A DNA stretch of 54,969 bases from Thermoplasmata archaeon (lineage in GTDB: Archaea; Thermoplasmatota; Thermoplasmata; Lutacidiplasmatales; UBA184), in NCBI GenBank assembly GCA_022750415.1, contig JAKIVT010000004.1, positions 1 through 54,969 of the forward strand, given 5' to 3'. This document shows, one piece after another, positions 18,741 to 29,191 of this stretch; the first letter of the stretch is position 1, and every line of letters starts with the position of its first letter. The position numbers and the translations under genes are program-made. The notes beneath the pieces are model-generated. The model searched no databases. It was not told the DNA's origin and worked only from the letters and a program-made list of their open reading frames with translations.

Positions 18741-20708
18741 ATACCCACGACACCGCCCAGGGTCCCGCGCTCCGTCCTCGCACGGCGCGGGACCCTCCTG
18801 CTCCGGCTGAGCCACGCGTTCCACGGGCTCACCGGAGCGCTCGCCATCGGCCTCCTCGCCCTGTTCTTCGGCATCGTCGGGGTCCTAACCCAAGCGTCCT
18901 GGAGTTCGATCGTCCGCTTCGGGCCGAGCTACCTCGGCGGACAGGTCTGGGACCCGGTCCACGGCGTCTACGGCGCGCTTCCGTTCGTTTCGGGAACCCT
19001 GGTCACCAGCGCCATCGCCCTCGCGCTGGCGGTGCCGGTGGCCCTGGCCGTGGCCGTGTTCCTGTCCGAGCTGGCCCCGACCCGGGCCCGGTTCGGACTC
19101 ACCACCGTCGTCGACCTGCTCGCCGCGATCCCGTCGGTGGTCTACGGGTTCTGGGCCGTCCTGATCCTCGTCCCCCTGATGGCCCACACGGTCGAGCCGG
19201 GGATCCAGCATGCGACCGGCGCGGTCGGCCCGTTCTCCGGTCACGCCGGGGGACTGGACGTACTGACGGCCGGCATTGTCCTCGCCGTCATGATACTCCC
19301 CACGATTTCCGCCGTCTCCCGGGAAGCCCTCTCGGCCGTGTCCCGCCAACAACGCGAGGCGGCCATGAGCCTCGGCGCCACCCGATGGGAGGCCACGCGG
19401 CTCGCGGTGCTCGGCCCCGCGATGTCCGGGATCCTTGGGGCGATCCTGCTCGGCCTGGGGCGCGCCCTCGGGGAGACGATCGCCGTCACGCTTGTCGTCG
19501 GCAACAACAATCAGGTTCCGACCTCGCTCTTCTCGCCCGGCCAGACGATTTCGAGCCTGATCGCGAGCGACCTCAACTCCGCCGTCGCCCAGGGGCCCCT
19601 CGAATTCAGCGCCCTCGTCGAGCTCGGACTCGTCCTCCTCCTGCTGACCATCGCGGTCAATGTCGTCGCCCGACTGATGATCTGGCGGATTCGGAGCGGC
19701 GAGGCCGGCGGGGCGCGGCACCGGCGCAAGCACTCGCGGGCCAGCCTCCTCCGATTCGCTCCGGCCCTGGACTCCGGGGTGGCGAACCCCCGGGGCGTCG
19801 AACCCGAGTGGCGTCGGGCGGCGCTCGCCCGGCTCCCGGAGCGCATCCGGCGGCGCCACTCGGTGTTCCTCCTCATCGCCGGGCTGTGCTTCCTCGCGAC
19901 CGTCCTTGCCATCGTCCCGCTCGCGAGCATCCTCTACACCGCGGTGGACCTCGGCGGCGGGGCCGTCGTCCGACCGACGTTCTATACCGAGACCCAGCCG
20001 TCGGCCTGCAACCCCGGGGCCCTCGTCACCTGTCCCATCGGCGGGGTGGGTCCCCAGATCGAGGGGACCTTGATCCTCCTCGGCCTGGCCGCCGCCATCG
20101 CGCTTCCCGTGGGGATCCTCATCGGGATCTACCTCGCGGAGTACGGACGGAACCGTCTCGGGCCGGGCGTCAGCTTCGTGACCGACGTCATGACGGGGAT
20201 CCCCTCGATCCTCCTCGGCACCTTCGTCCTCGTCGTCTTCCTGCGGTACTACTCCGATGCGGCGAGCAGCGCGCTCGCCGGCGGCGTGGCCCTCTCGGTC
20301 CTGATGCTTCCGCTCATCGTCCGAACGACCGAGGAGGCGCTGAAGACGGTCCCCGTCGCCGTTCGCGAGTCCGCCCTCGCGCTCGGGTTCCCTCGCCATC
20401 GGGTCACCCTCCGAGTGGCGGTTGGAACCGCGCGCAACGCCATCGTCACGGGAGCGCTCCTCGCGGCCGCTCGGGCCGGGGGGGAGACGGCGGCGCTCCT
20501 CCTGACGACGGGGGGCTTCCAGTATTGGCCCCTCGGCCTGACCCACCCGATCGGAGCGCTTCCGCTGGTGATCTTCGAGGCCGGTCTTTCCGGCTACGCG
20601 AACTGGGAGACCGATGCGTGGGGCGCGACGCTCCTCCTCCTTGGCATCATGCTCATCATCAGCCTCAGCACCCGACTTTTGTTGCGGAGGGCTCCGTCGA
20701 ATGAGTAG
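18741..20708 (+). CDS. pstC: Fused phosphate ABC permease PstC-PstA (probable non-canonical start)
   Basis: PstC half ([36 protein letters not shown]), then linker, then PstA half ([20 protein letters not shown]) in one frame. Homologous sequence runs upstream of the GTG at 19032 to an in-frame ATA at 18741. Confidence 0.88.
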   Translation: MPTTPPRVPRSVLARRGTLLLRLSHAFHGLTGALAIGLLALFFGIVGVLTQASWSSIVRFGPSYLGGQVWDPVHGVYGALPFVSGTLVTSAIALALAVPVALAVAVFLSELAPTRARFGLTTVVDLLAAIPSVVYGFWAVLILVPLMAHTVEPGIQHATGAVGPFSGHAGGLDVLTAGIVLAVMILPTISAVSREALSAVSRQQREAAMSLGATRWEATRLAVLGPAMSGILGAILLGLGRALGETIAVTLVVGNNNQVPTSLFSPGQTISSLIASDLNSAVAQGPLEFSALVELGLVLLLLTIAVNVVARLMIWRIRSGEAGGARHRRKHSRASLLRFAPALDSGVANPRGVEPEWRRAALARLPERIRRRHSVFLLIAGLCFLATVLAIVPLASILYTAVDLGGGAVVRPTFYTETQPSACNPGALVTCPIGGVGPQIEGTLILLGLAAAIALPVGILIGIYLAEYGRNRLGPGVSFVTDVMTGIPSILLGTFVLVVFLRYYSDAASSALAGGVALSVLMLPLIVRTTEEALKTVPVAVRESALALGFPRHRVTLRVAVGTARNAIVTGALLAAARAGGETAALLLTTGGFQYWPLGLTHPIGALPLVIFEAGLSGYANWETDAWGATLLLLGIMLIISLSTRLLLRRAPSNE

Positions 20709-21468
20709 CGGGCCGTCGGTGGGCAAGCTCTCGGTCCACGGCCTCGACGCGTGGTACGGGAAGCGCCAGGTCCTCTACGACATCGACCTCGACATCCCGG
20801 ACAAAGGGGTCACGGCCATCATCGGGCCGTCCGGCTGCGGCAAGTCGACGTTCCTTCGCTGCCTCAATCGTCTCCACGAGGAGACCCCCGGCGGCCGCGT
20901 CGCCGGCTCGATCCAGCTCGACGGGGAGGAGATCCGGGACCAGAACGAAGTCCTTGTCCGGTGTCGGGTGGGGATGGTCTTCCAGCGACCAAGTCCGTTC
21001 CCGAACCTTTCCATCTACGAGAACGTCGCCGCCGGGCTTCGGTTGCTCGGGATCCGCAAGCGGGACGAGCTCGACGCGGGCGTTCTCGACAGCTTGCGAA
21101 AGGCCGGCCTCTGGGAGGAGGTCAAGGACGACGTCGACGCCCCCGCGACCGGCCTGTCCGGCGGCCAGCAGCAGCGACTCTGCATCGCCCGGGCGCTCGC
21201 CGTCGGACCGGAGGTCCTCCTGCTGGACGAACCATGCTCCGCGCTCGACCCAATCGCGACGACGAAGGTCGAGCATCTGATCCACGAGCTGAAGGAGAAC
21301 TACACGGTCGTCATCGTCACGCACAACCTCGCCCAGGCGACGCGGGTCGCCGACCACACGGCGTTCTTCTACCTCGGCAAGCTCGTAGAATTCGGGACGA
21401 CCGAGACGATCTTCCACCACCCGGCCGAGAAGCTGACCGAGAACTACGTGACCGGCCTGTTCGGTTAG
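20701..21468 (+). CDS. pstB: Phosphate ABC transporter ATPase
   Basis: [49 protein letters not shown]. Confidence 0.97.
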   Translation: MSSGPSVGKLSVHGLDAWYGKRQVLYDIDLDIPDKGVTAIIGPSGCGKSTFLRCLNRLHEETPGGRVAGSIQLDGEEIRDQNEVLVRCRVGMVFQRPSPFPNLSIYENVAAGLRLLGIRKRDELDAGVLDSLRKAGLWEEVKDDVDAPATGLSGGQQQRLCIARALAVGPEVLLLDEPCSALDPIATTKVEHLIHELKENYTVVIVTHNLAQATRVADHTAFFYLGKLVEFGTTETIFHHPAEKLTENYVTGLFG

Positions 21469-21983
21469 GCCCCTCGCGACGGCACCGCCCGGCGATGCGC
21501 CGGCGGGTGGCCGTGGGGGTGGTGGTGGCCGCTCCGACCCCCGGCCGTGCCGGGAGAGGCCACGAGGAAGTCCCCCTGGCTGACGCCCTTCACGCCGCGG
21601 AGGTCTTCGGCGGCCCGCTCGACTTCTCGACGCTGGCCGGCCAGGATCATCACCTCGAGGCAGACGTCGCCTTCGAGGTGGACGTGGCTCGAGGAGCGGA
21701 TGTGATCGCCCCAGCGGTGTTGGGCGGCCGTGAGCCGGCGCTGGACGTACGGGGACCGGTGGTCGTAGAGCACCATCACGGTCCCGACCGCGTCCGCATC
21801 CGGGTCCCCCAACGACGCCGCCGAGGTCGCGCCGCGGACGAGAAACCGGATGGCGTCCGACCGGCTCCGGGAGTTGCGCTGCTCCACCCACCGGTCGAGC
21901 GCCGCGAGGACCTCGGGTTCCAACGAGATCGCGGTCCGAACCACTCCGCCCGTCCCGGGTGCCTTGCGGCGGCGCGCCGTCAC
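21465..21983 (-). CDS. nikR: Nickel-responsive regulator NikR with His-rich tail
   Basis: RHH N-terminus (RTAISL...SRSDAIR), YDH, QH, HVHL...CLEV; GTG start overlaps the NiCoT stop. Confidence 0.92.
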   Translation of the reverse strand: MTARRRKAPGTGGVVRTAISLEPEVLAALDRWVEQRNSRSRSDAIRFLVRGATSAASLGDPDADAVGTVMVLYDHRSPYVQRRLTAAQHRWGDHIRSSSHVHLEGDVCLEVMILAGQRREVERAAEDLRGVKGVSQGDFLVASPGTAGGRSGHHHPHGHPPAHRRAVPSRGA

Positions 21984-23086
21984 GGGGAGGGAACCGTCGG
22001 AGGCCCGGGACCAAAGGCGATCTGTTCGTACCCGTTGTACCGGTAGATCCCCATCGCGATGAGCCAAGACCCGAGGAAGACGACGACGATGGCGAGACCG
22101 AGGACCGTGAAGTTGAGACCCCCGATTTGGGACCAGAACCAACCGTGCAACCCGAGCTCGGCGCCGACGACCCCGAGGACCTCGATACCGCCGACCACGA
22201 AGGCGACGAGGACCGAGATCACCGTCAGCGTGAGGTTGTAGTAGATTTTCCGGATCGGCTTGAGGAACGCCCACCCGTAGGCGTACCGCATGGCGAACCC
22301 ATCGGCCGTGTCGGCGAGGACCATCCCGCAGGTGAACAGGAGGGGGAGGAGGAGGACCGCCCAGAACGGAACGCTCGTCGTCGTCGCGAACACGACGCTG
22401 ACCGTGATCAACAGCACCTCGGTGGCGGTGTCAAAGCCGAGCCCGAACAGGACCCCGATGGGGTAGATCTGCCACGGCTCCCGGATCATCTTGAACAGGC
22501 GCCCGAAGTATCGGTAGAGGAATCCGCGCTTGTCCATCTCGGCGTCGAGCGCCGCCTGGTCGAGCTCGCGGTCGCGCAACCCGCGAAAGATCCGGTACAC
22601 GTCGAGGGCGATGAGCACGTTGACCAGGCCGATCAGGAACAGAAAGACCCCGGAGACGAGCGCCCCCACGATCGCCCCGAACTGCGCAAAAGCCGCGACG
22701 TGGGAGCGGACGTACTCGGTCACGACGACGAGGGCCGCGATCAGCGCGAAGACGATGGTCGAGTGACCGAGCGAGAACCACGTCCCGACCGTCAGCGGGC
22801 GCTTGCCGTCGTTGAGGAGCTTCCGGGTCGTGTTGTCGATCGCGGCGATGTGGTCCGCGTCGAAGCCGTGGCGAAGCCCGAGGATGTACGCCGTGATGGC
22901 CAGGCCGGAGAAGATCAGGGCCCCGGGCGTCGCCTCCTGGGAATAGTGGTGCGGAAGGTAGGCGAACGCAGCGAGGAACGCGAGGACGGTCACGACCCCG
23001 ATGCCGCTGAACAGGGCGACCATCCGGAGCCGCTCCCCCCGGGTCAGCCCGAGTGCCGGGGCGGAGGAGTCCGCGGCGGGCTGCAT
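21980..23086 (-). CDS. HoxN/NixA (NiCoT) nickel/cobalt permease
   Basis: GLRHGFDADHIAAID, FSLGHSTIV, LFGLGFDTATE. Confidence 0.95.
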   Translation of the reverse strand: MQPAADSSAPALGLTRGERLRMVALFSGIGVVTVLAFLAAFAYLPHHYSQEATPGALIFSGLAITAYILGLRHGFDADHIAAIDNTTRKLLNDGKRPLTVGTWFSLGHSTIVFALIAALVVVTEYVRSHVAAFAQFGAIVGALVSGVFLFLIGLVNVLIALDVYRIFRGLRDRELDQAALDAEMDKRGFLYRYFGRLFKMIREPWQIYPIGVLFGLGFDTATEVLLITVSVVFATTTSVPFWAVLLLPLLFTCGMVLADTADGFAMRYAYGWAFLKPIRKIYYNLTLTVISVLVAFVVGGIEVLGVVGAELGLHGWFWSQIGGLNFTVLGLAIVVVFLGSWLIAMGIYRYNGYEQIAFGPGPPTVPSP

Positions 23087-23110
23087 CGACGGGCCGGAGC
23101 CCGGATGGCA

Positions 23111-23144
23111 GATAAAGGTGTGTTGTTTTTGCGATTCGTAGTAC
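23111..23144 (-). promoter_or_regulatory. TATA candidate and possible NikR operator for the NiCoT-nikR operon
   Basis: Minus-strand TTTATC 25 bp before the ATG; adjacent weak dyad GTGTTG-N13-TAGTAC at 23120-23144. Confidence 0.4.
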
Positions 23145-23205
23145 GCCCCGGCTCCGCGTTATGGCCCGCGGAAGTGGGGACCTCGACGGCGGGAACGGGG
23201 GCCGA

Positions 23206-23883
23206 TCAACCGGTCGGAGTGAGGGGAACGTTGCCGCCCAGGAGGGCAATGAGCGTCTCGTCGAGCGAGATCACGTCGATGTACGACGGTCCGAGGAATC
23301 CCGCCTCGGGAGGCACGATCGCGGCATCGACGAGGCGGAGCAGGGCCCCTTGCGAGAGGTTGCTGAAGTGGGCCACCCGCGGGATCTGCACGAGCGCGGC
23401 CTCCGGGGTGATGTCGGGGTCGAGACCGCTCGCCGACGGGCTCACGAGGTTCAGGGGGACGGAGACGTTCGCGAGGCCGTACTCCTGGATGTACACCCGA
23501 GTCTGATTGTAGAGGGCCGGGTCCACGGGCCCGTACGGGACCTCGTTGCCCGCGCCGGAGTACGGCTGGAAATCGATGAGCGAGGGCCGGAGCCAGAAGA
23601 GGCTCGGGTTCGTGATGTTCTCCCCGAGGGAGATGTTCCCTCCCGTCGCGGTCGAGGGCGTGAACGTCTCGGCGACGAGCGAAAACGCGAACGGATAAGC
23701 CACTCCCGAAACGAGGATCAGGAGCGCGAGGCCCGCGAACAGGGCCCGGCCGCTCGGCCACCGGAACGGTGGGTCAACGGCGAGACCGGTCCCGGGTTTC
23801 TCCTCCCCGCCGAGCTCCGGAGAGAGTTCCCGGGGCTCCCGCTGCGCCCTCGCCCCCCGCCTCGGCGTCGGAGGAGCGCTCAC
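23206..23883 (-). CDS. kdpC: K+-transporting ATPase subunit C
   Basis: GVAYP, LFWLRPS, SASGLDPDIT...QIPRVA, GFLGPSYIDV. Confidence 0.92.
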   Translation of the reverse strand: MSAPPTPRRGARAQREPRELSPELGGEEKPGTGLAVDPPFRWPSGRALFAGLALLILVSGVAYPFAFSLVAETFTPSTATGGNISLGENITNPSLFWLRPSLIDFQPYSGAGNEVPYGPVDPALYNQTRVYIQEYGLANVSVPLNLVSPSASGLDPDITPEAALVQIPRVAHFSNLSQGALLRLVDAAIVPPEAGFLGPSYIDVISLDETLIALLGGNVPLTPTG

Positions 23884-25964
23884 GAGTACCCCAGCATGGT
23901 CATCACGACGTAGATCACCTTGATCCCGACGAACGCGCTCACGAGGCCACCGAGGCCGTAGAGCAAGAGGTTGCGGCGCAGCAGGTCGACGGCCGGCATG
24001 GGCCGGAACGACGCGCCGATCAGGGCGAGGGGGATCAGGAGCGGGATCATCAGCGCGTTGAACAACAGCGTCGCCAGCACCGCGGTGCTCGGGTCGGAGA
24101 GTTGCAAGACGTTGAGGAACCCGAGCGTTTGCACTCCGATGAAGATCGCCGGAATCACGGCGAAGTACTTCGCCACGTCGTTGGTGATGGAGAACGTCGT
24201 CAGCGCGCCCCGAGTGATGAGAAGCTGCTTACCGATCGAGATCACGTCGATGATCTTCGTTGGGTCGCTGTCCAGGTCGACCATGTTGCCCGCTTCTTTC
24301 GCGGCCGACGTGCCGCTGTTCATCGCGAAGCCGACGTCGGCCCGGGCGAGCGCGGGCGCGTCGTTCGTGCCGTCCCCGGTCATCGCGACCAGCCTTCCGT
24401 GGCTCTTCTCGAGGGCCACGAGCTTCAGCTTCGTCTCCGGCTTCGCCTCGGCGACGTACTCGTCGACGCCGCTCTCGCGGGCGATCGTGAGCGCGGTCAG
24501 ACGGTTGTCCCCGGTGCACATGATCGTCCGGATCCCCATCGTCCGGAGCTCCTGGATCCGCTGGCTGATGCCGGGCTTGACGACGTCCTTGAGCAGGACG
24601 AGCCCCATCACCTGCTTGCCCCGAGCGATTCCGAGCGGGGTCATCCCCCGGCGACTCGCATCGTCCGCAACGAGCTGGAGTTCCGCGGGAAAGGTCCCGG
24701 CGTAATCGGTGATCGCCCCGACCGACCCTTTCATCGCCTCGGACCCGTCGGGCAGGACCAATCCGGACATCCGGCGAGCGGTCGAGAACGGGATCGCCTT
24801 CACGTCGGTCGTCTTCAGTTTCTCAAGGCGGACGCCCCGCAGCGTCGCCAACCGGGTGATCGAGCGTCCCTCCGGGGTCTCGTCGAGCAGGGAGGCCAGG
24901 AGCGCGGTCCGCTGGCAGTCGATGGGGTCGACGCCCGGGGCCGCGACAAACTGGACGGCGAGCCGCGCCCCCACGGTGATCGTGCCGGTCTTGTCGAGGA
25001 TCAGGACGTCGAGGTCGCCCGCGGCCTCGATGGCCTTTCCCGACTTGCAGACGACGTTCGACTTGGCGACCCGCGTCACGCCCGAGATCCCGACGGCGGA
25101 CAGGAGTCCGCCGATGGTCGTCGGGACGAGGCAGACGAACAGGGCGACGAGGGTGGCGAGATTCACCGTCCCGAGCCCGAGCGAGGTGAAGTCGAGCAGG
25201 TAGGCGAACGTCACGATCACCACGAGGAGGGCGAGGGTCAGGGCGTTCAGGACGAGCGTGAGGGCGATCTCGTTCGGGCTTTTGTCGCGGCTCGTCGCCT
25301 CGACAAGCTGGATCATCCGGTCCAGGAAGCTCGTTCCGGGCTCGGAGGTGATCCGCAGTTCGATGGTGCCGTCGAGGATTCGGCTCCCGCCCAAGACGCT
25401 GGTCCGGTCCCCTCCGCTCTCCCGGACGACCGCGGCCGATTCGCCGGTCATCATCGATTCGTCGATCATGGCCCCCCCTTTCGCCACGTCGCCGTCGAGC
25501 GGGACGGTCTCTCCCGGGCGGACCTCGACGAGGTCGCCTCGATGGAGCTGCGTGGCGGCGATCCAGCGTTGCCTCCCGTCCGGCAAGATCTGGCGGGCCC
25601 GCAGCCCAGCGCGAACCTCCCGAAGACTGTCGGCCTGCGCCTTCGCCTGGGCTTCGGCGACGGCCTCGGCGATGTTCGCGAACCAGACGGTCAGGAGCAG
25701 GATCGCCGTGACCGCGAGGTAGAAGGAGCGCGAGAAAGACGACGTGCCGACGATGTCGGGGAACAACCACGGGAACGCCCAGACGGCCGCGGTGAAGAAC
25801 GTGAACGCATAGACGACGAAGATCACCGGGTTCCGGACCTGCTTCCGGGGGTCGAACTTGGCGAGCGAGCGGCTGAGGACGACGCCGACGCTCGTGTGGG
25901 CATCGCGGCGCACGCTGACGGTGGCGCCCACGGCCTGTGTTTGGGTCGGGCGGGCCGCGGTCAC
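23880..25964 (-). CDS. kdpB: K+-transporting ATPase subunit B
   Basis: RNPVIF, TGES, PTTIGGLL, DKTGT, TGDGTNDAPAL, TRGALTTFS. Confidence 0.98.
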   Translation of the reverse strand: MTAARPTQTQAVGATVSVRRDAHTSVGVVLSRSLAKFDPRKQVRNPVIFVVYAFTFFTAAVWAFPWLFPDIVGTSSFSRSFYLAVTAILLLTVWFANIAEAVAEAQAKAQADSLREVRAGLRARQILPDGRQRWIAATQLHRGDLVEVRPGETVPLDGDVAKGGAMIDESMMTGESAAVVRESGGDRTSVLGGSRILDGTIELRITSEPGTSFLDRMIQLVEATSRDKSPNEIALTLVLNALTLALLVVIVTFAYLLDFTSLGLGTVNLATLVALFVCLVPTTIGGLLSAVGISGVTRVAKSNVVCKSGKAIEAAGDLDVLILDKTGTITVGARLAVQFVAAPGVDPIDCQRTALLASLLDETPEGRSITRLATLRGVRLEKLKTTDVKAIPFSTARRMSGLVLPDGSEAMKGSVGAITDYAGTFPAELQLVADDASRRGMTPLGIARGKQVMGLVLLKDVVKPGISQRIQELRTMGIRTIMCTGDNRLTALTIARESGVDEYVAEAKPETKLKLVALEKSHGRLVAMTGDGTNDAPALARADVGFAMNSGTSAAKEAGNMVDLDSDPTKIIDVISIGKQLLITRGALTTFSITNDVAKYFAVIPAIFIGVQTLGFLNVLQLSDPSTAVLATLLFNALMIPLLIPLALIGASFRPMPAVDLLRRNLLLYGLGGLVSAFVGIKVIYVVMTMLGYS

Positions 25965-27649
25965 GGCCAGTTGACCCCCTGGGCGAACGGGCCCATGGCG
26001 AGGACCGGGAGGAACAGGAGTCCCGTGACGATGAGCAGGAACCCCACGAGGTAGAGCGTGAACGTCACGGAAGAGGTCTTCAAGGTCCCCGCTCCGACGG
26101 GAATGTCCGGTTGCCGGGCGAGCGCCCCGCCGATCGCCAGCATGGCCACCATGGGGACGAAGCGGCCGAACAGCATGATCAGCCCGCCGGCGACGTTGAA
26201 GAACGGCGTCGCGTCGCCGATCGGTCCCATCCCGCTCCCGTTGTTCGCCGACTCGCTGGTGAACTCGTAGAGGACGATCGTGAACGCGTGCGACCCGGGT
26301 CCGGCCGCGACCTGGCTAAATCCGGCGACCGAGGCGACGGCGAGGGGGATGAAGATCGCGAGCGGGTGGGCGAGGAGCGTGACGATGGCCCACCGGATCT
26401 GGGCCGGCCCGATCTTCTTGCCCAGGTATTCGGGGGTCCGCCCGACCATCAGCCCGCCGACGAAGATCGCGAGCAAGGCGTTGATGAGAAGCGTCCCGAA
26501 TCCGGTGCCTTCCCCCCCGGGGGCGCACTGCAGGAACATCCCCCACAGGAGCACCGACTGCGCCCCGGGCGTCAGGGATCCGAGCGACATCGACGTGGCG
26601 CCGACGTTGCCGTAGACGCTGATCCCCTGGAAGAGGACGGATTCCGAGATCGAGAACCGGGACTCGGCCCCGACGAAGTACCCTCCGTTCTGGCTCACGC
26701 CCGTGGCGGCCAGGAACGGGTTGGAGGCCTCGAAGTAGAACAAGAGCAGGAGCGCGACGACGAAGATGATCAGGATCGCGCCGAGGTGGGGGTACGTCTC
26801 GTTCGGTCGCTTGACCATCCGCCCGAACAGGAACGGCGGGGCGAAGGTGAGGAGCATCATCATGACGATCTCGACGAGGTTCGTGAACGCCGTCGGATTC
26901 TGGAGCGGGTCGCCGGCGTTCGACGCGAAGTAGCCGCCCCCGTTCGTCCCGATCATCTCGATCGAGTCCCACGAGGCGACCGGTCCGGTGGGAACGACCT
27001 CGAAGCCGCCGCCGAGCAGGGTGTGGTGCACCGATTGGGCCAGGGTCTCGGGGACTCCCGCGAAGATCAGGATGAGGGCTCCGACGGCAGCGAGCGGGAA
27101 CAGGACCCGGGTCAGGCACCGAACCAGGTCGGACCAGTAGTTCCCGATCCGACCGTCCTTCCGGACGAACCCACGGACGAAGGCGACCAGGACCGCGAGC
27201 CCGCTCGCCGCGGAGAGGAACATCAGCATCTGCAGGCCGACCGAGGCGCTCAGGAGGGACGCCCCGGACTCGGGCGCGTAGTGTTGGTAGTCGGTGTTGG
27301 TGGTGAATGCGCTCGTGGTATGGAACGCGAGGTCCCAGGTCATCCCTTGGACGTGGAAGGCGTTCCACGGGAGGCCGCCCTGGAAGAACAGCAGGAGGAA
27401 GACGAAGACGAGGGCGACGGCGTTCGAGACGATCAGCGCCCCGGCGTACTCCTTCCAACCCATCGCGCGTCGGGGGTCGACCCCGAGGACCCCGTAGACG
27501 ACCCGGTCGACCGGGTCAAAGAAGCCGTCGAGGACCGTGGGACGGCCCTGGAAGACTTTCGCCATGTAGATGCCGAGCCAGCGGGCCAGGAGCAGGCCGA
27601 GGCCCAGGGTGAACAGGACGTCGGCAAGCGAGGAGGAGGATGCCAGCAT
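25961..27649 (-). CDS. kdpA: K+-transporting ATPase subunit A
   Basis: FTTNTDYQHY, GTNGGGYF, GLMVGRTPEYLGKKI, SANNGSG; ATG at 27649. Confidence 0.97.
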   Translation of the reverse strand: MLASSSSLADVLFTLGLGLLLARWLGIYMAKVFQGRPTVLDGFFDPVDRVVYGVLGVDPRRAMGWKEYAGALIVSNAVALVFVFLLLFFQGGLPWNAFHVQGMTWDLAFHTTSAFTTNTDYQHYAPESGASLLSASVGLQMLMFLSAASGLAVLVAFVRGFVRKDGRIGNYWSDLVRCLTRVLFPLAAVGALILIFAGVPETLAQSVHHTLLGGGFEVVPTGPVASWDSIEMIGTNGGGYFASNAGDPLQNPTAFTNLVEIVMMMLLTFAPPFLFGRMVKRPNETYPHLGAILIIFVVALLLLFYFEASNPFLAATGVSQNGGYFVGAESRFSISESVLFQGISVYGNVGATSMSLGSLTPGAQSVLLWGMFLQCAPGGEGTGFGTLLINALLAIFVGGLMVGRTPEYLGKKIGPAQIRWAIVTLLAHPLAIFIPLAVASVAGFSQVAAGPGSHAFTIVLYEFTSESANNGSGMGPIGDATPFFNVAGGLIMLFGRFVPMVAMLAIGGALARQPDIPVGAGTLKTSSVTFTLYLVGFLLIVTGLLFLPVLAMGPFAQGVNWP

Positions 27650-28208
27650 GGTTGCGCTCCGCGGCCGGGAACGCCCTAACGGGCGCTCCCCGCAGACGCG
27701 GATGCGCGGCGGAGGTTCTCCGTCGCGACGACATGCTGCAGGCGGAGGTCGAGGCCCCTCCCGATTCCGCGGGCGAAGATGGGAGCGGTCGTAGGTCCTC
27801 CGCCGCCGAGCCAAACGGCGTGCCATAAACCCATCGGTCGAGGTGGCCGGCTCCCCGCTGCACCCTGCCCAGGCCACCCCGCGGACGGTCGGTGGCAGGG
27901 GTACGCCCGACACCGCCGGCCTCTCGGGCGACGGGATATGCCGAGGGGGGGACGTGCCGGGGCCAGTCCGGCCCAATGCCGACCCAGAGAGGGCGGGTCG
28001 GACCGCGAGTCGTCTCCCCCGGACGACGGTCGAGTGCCGCGATAGAACCTTAACCCACTCGAACGCTAATTTTCCGAACGAAGCTCGACAACGGCCGGCC
28101 GCGAATTCGCGTTTCCGCCGCGGGACGACCGAGGCGGTGGTTCCCGGGAACTCCGGCCGCGGGGGCCCCCAGGCGAGCGGCGTGCCACGCCCCGATCCGG
28201 GCCGACCC

Positions 28209-28991
28209 ATGAATCCGTGGTTGTTCGCCGGTGGGGTGACCAACCTCGCCGTGACGCCGATCTACGCGTACGTGGGCGCCCGCCTCTACGAGCGGTCGGT
28301 ATCGTCCCGGGCGCGGATCCCGTCGGCCCAATTCGCAATCTGGTGGTGGGGGCTCGGTGGGACGGGCGTGATCGCCGGCCTCACGGCGATCCTCTACTCG
28401 GTCGGGTGGCTGACGTTCGCTCTGGGATTCACCCTCTACCTGCTCACCGTCCTGGGCGACTGCCTGATCCTCTGGGGCCTCGTGGGGTATCTCCTCTACA
28501 TCTACACCGGAACGTACCACCTCCTCGAGATCTCGGCGTTCTACGCCGCGTTCTACACCATCGCGCTCTACTGGGTGGTCTCGAGCGGCCCGAACGGGGT
28601 CGCGCTGAACGCCGCAGGCCCCATCATGACCTATGCGCACCCGCTCGGGGGTCCGGTCTTCGCCGCGGTGATCCTAGGCCTCGTGTTTCCCGAGGTGATC
28701 GCGGGCATCCTGTACTTCTCCCTGATCCGCCGAACCCAGGATCGAACGCTCCGGTACCGGATCGCGATGGTCAGCGCCGCCCTCTTCGTGTTCTTCGGCG
28801 CCGCGTCGTACACCCCGCCCGCGGGCGTTGGGTTTCAGGTCTGGAGTCTCGTGAAGGCCCTGCTGGACGCGGGCTCCGCGCTCCTGGCCCTGTTCGCGTA
28901 CTTCCCTCCGGAAGCCCTGCGGCGCACCTTCCGAGTCTCCGCCGTCCCCCGAGAAGAACCGCGGGGAGAGGCCGTCGTGGCGAGCCCATGA
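28209..28991 (+). CDS. Stand-alone ~7-TM membrane protein, putative sensor
   Basis: About seven hydrophobic segments in 260 aa with no cytoplasmic output domain; directly upstream of a histidine kinase. Confidence 0.8.
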   Translation: MNPWLFAGGVTNLAVTPIYAYVGARLYERSVSSRARIPSAQFAIWWWGLGGTGVIAGLTAILYSVGWLTFALGFTLYLLTVLGDCLILWGLVGYLLYIYTGTYHLLEISAFYAAFYTIALYWVVSSGPNGVALNAAGPIMTYAHPLGGPVFAAVILGLVFPEVIAGILYFSLIRRTQDRTLRYRIAMVSAALFVFFGAASYTPPAGVGFQVWSLVKALLDAGSALLALFAYFPPEALRRTFRVSAVPREEPRGEAVVASP

Positions 28992-29191
28992 CGGGCGCGC
29001 CCGGTTCGGAACTTCCTCGGAAGCTCCGTTCGGTCCGGAGGCCCTTCGCGAGGGATTCCCGTCCCGTCGGTGGGATCGGGCTCCGTCGTCCCGAAACCCC
29101 GCGCGTTCGGGAGCGGGCCGGTTCCCTTCCCCCAACGGATGCGAGCGACCCTCCCCATCGAAGGCACGGTCCACCCCGGGGGCCGCGACCC

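Noticed and set aside
27650-28200. kdpF peptide or canonical c-di-AMP (ydaO) riboswitch upstream of kdpA
   Set aside because: No short hydrophobic ORF and no ydaO consensus segments were found by eye.
28209-28991. Heliorhodopsin/rhodopsin call for the 7-TM protein (WSLVKALL in last helix)
   Set aside because: It does not match SLVAK or DxxAK spacing and lacks the RWxEY/RYxDW helix-3 motif.
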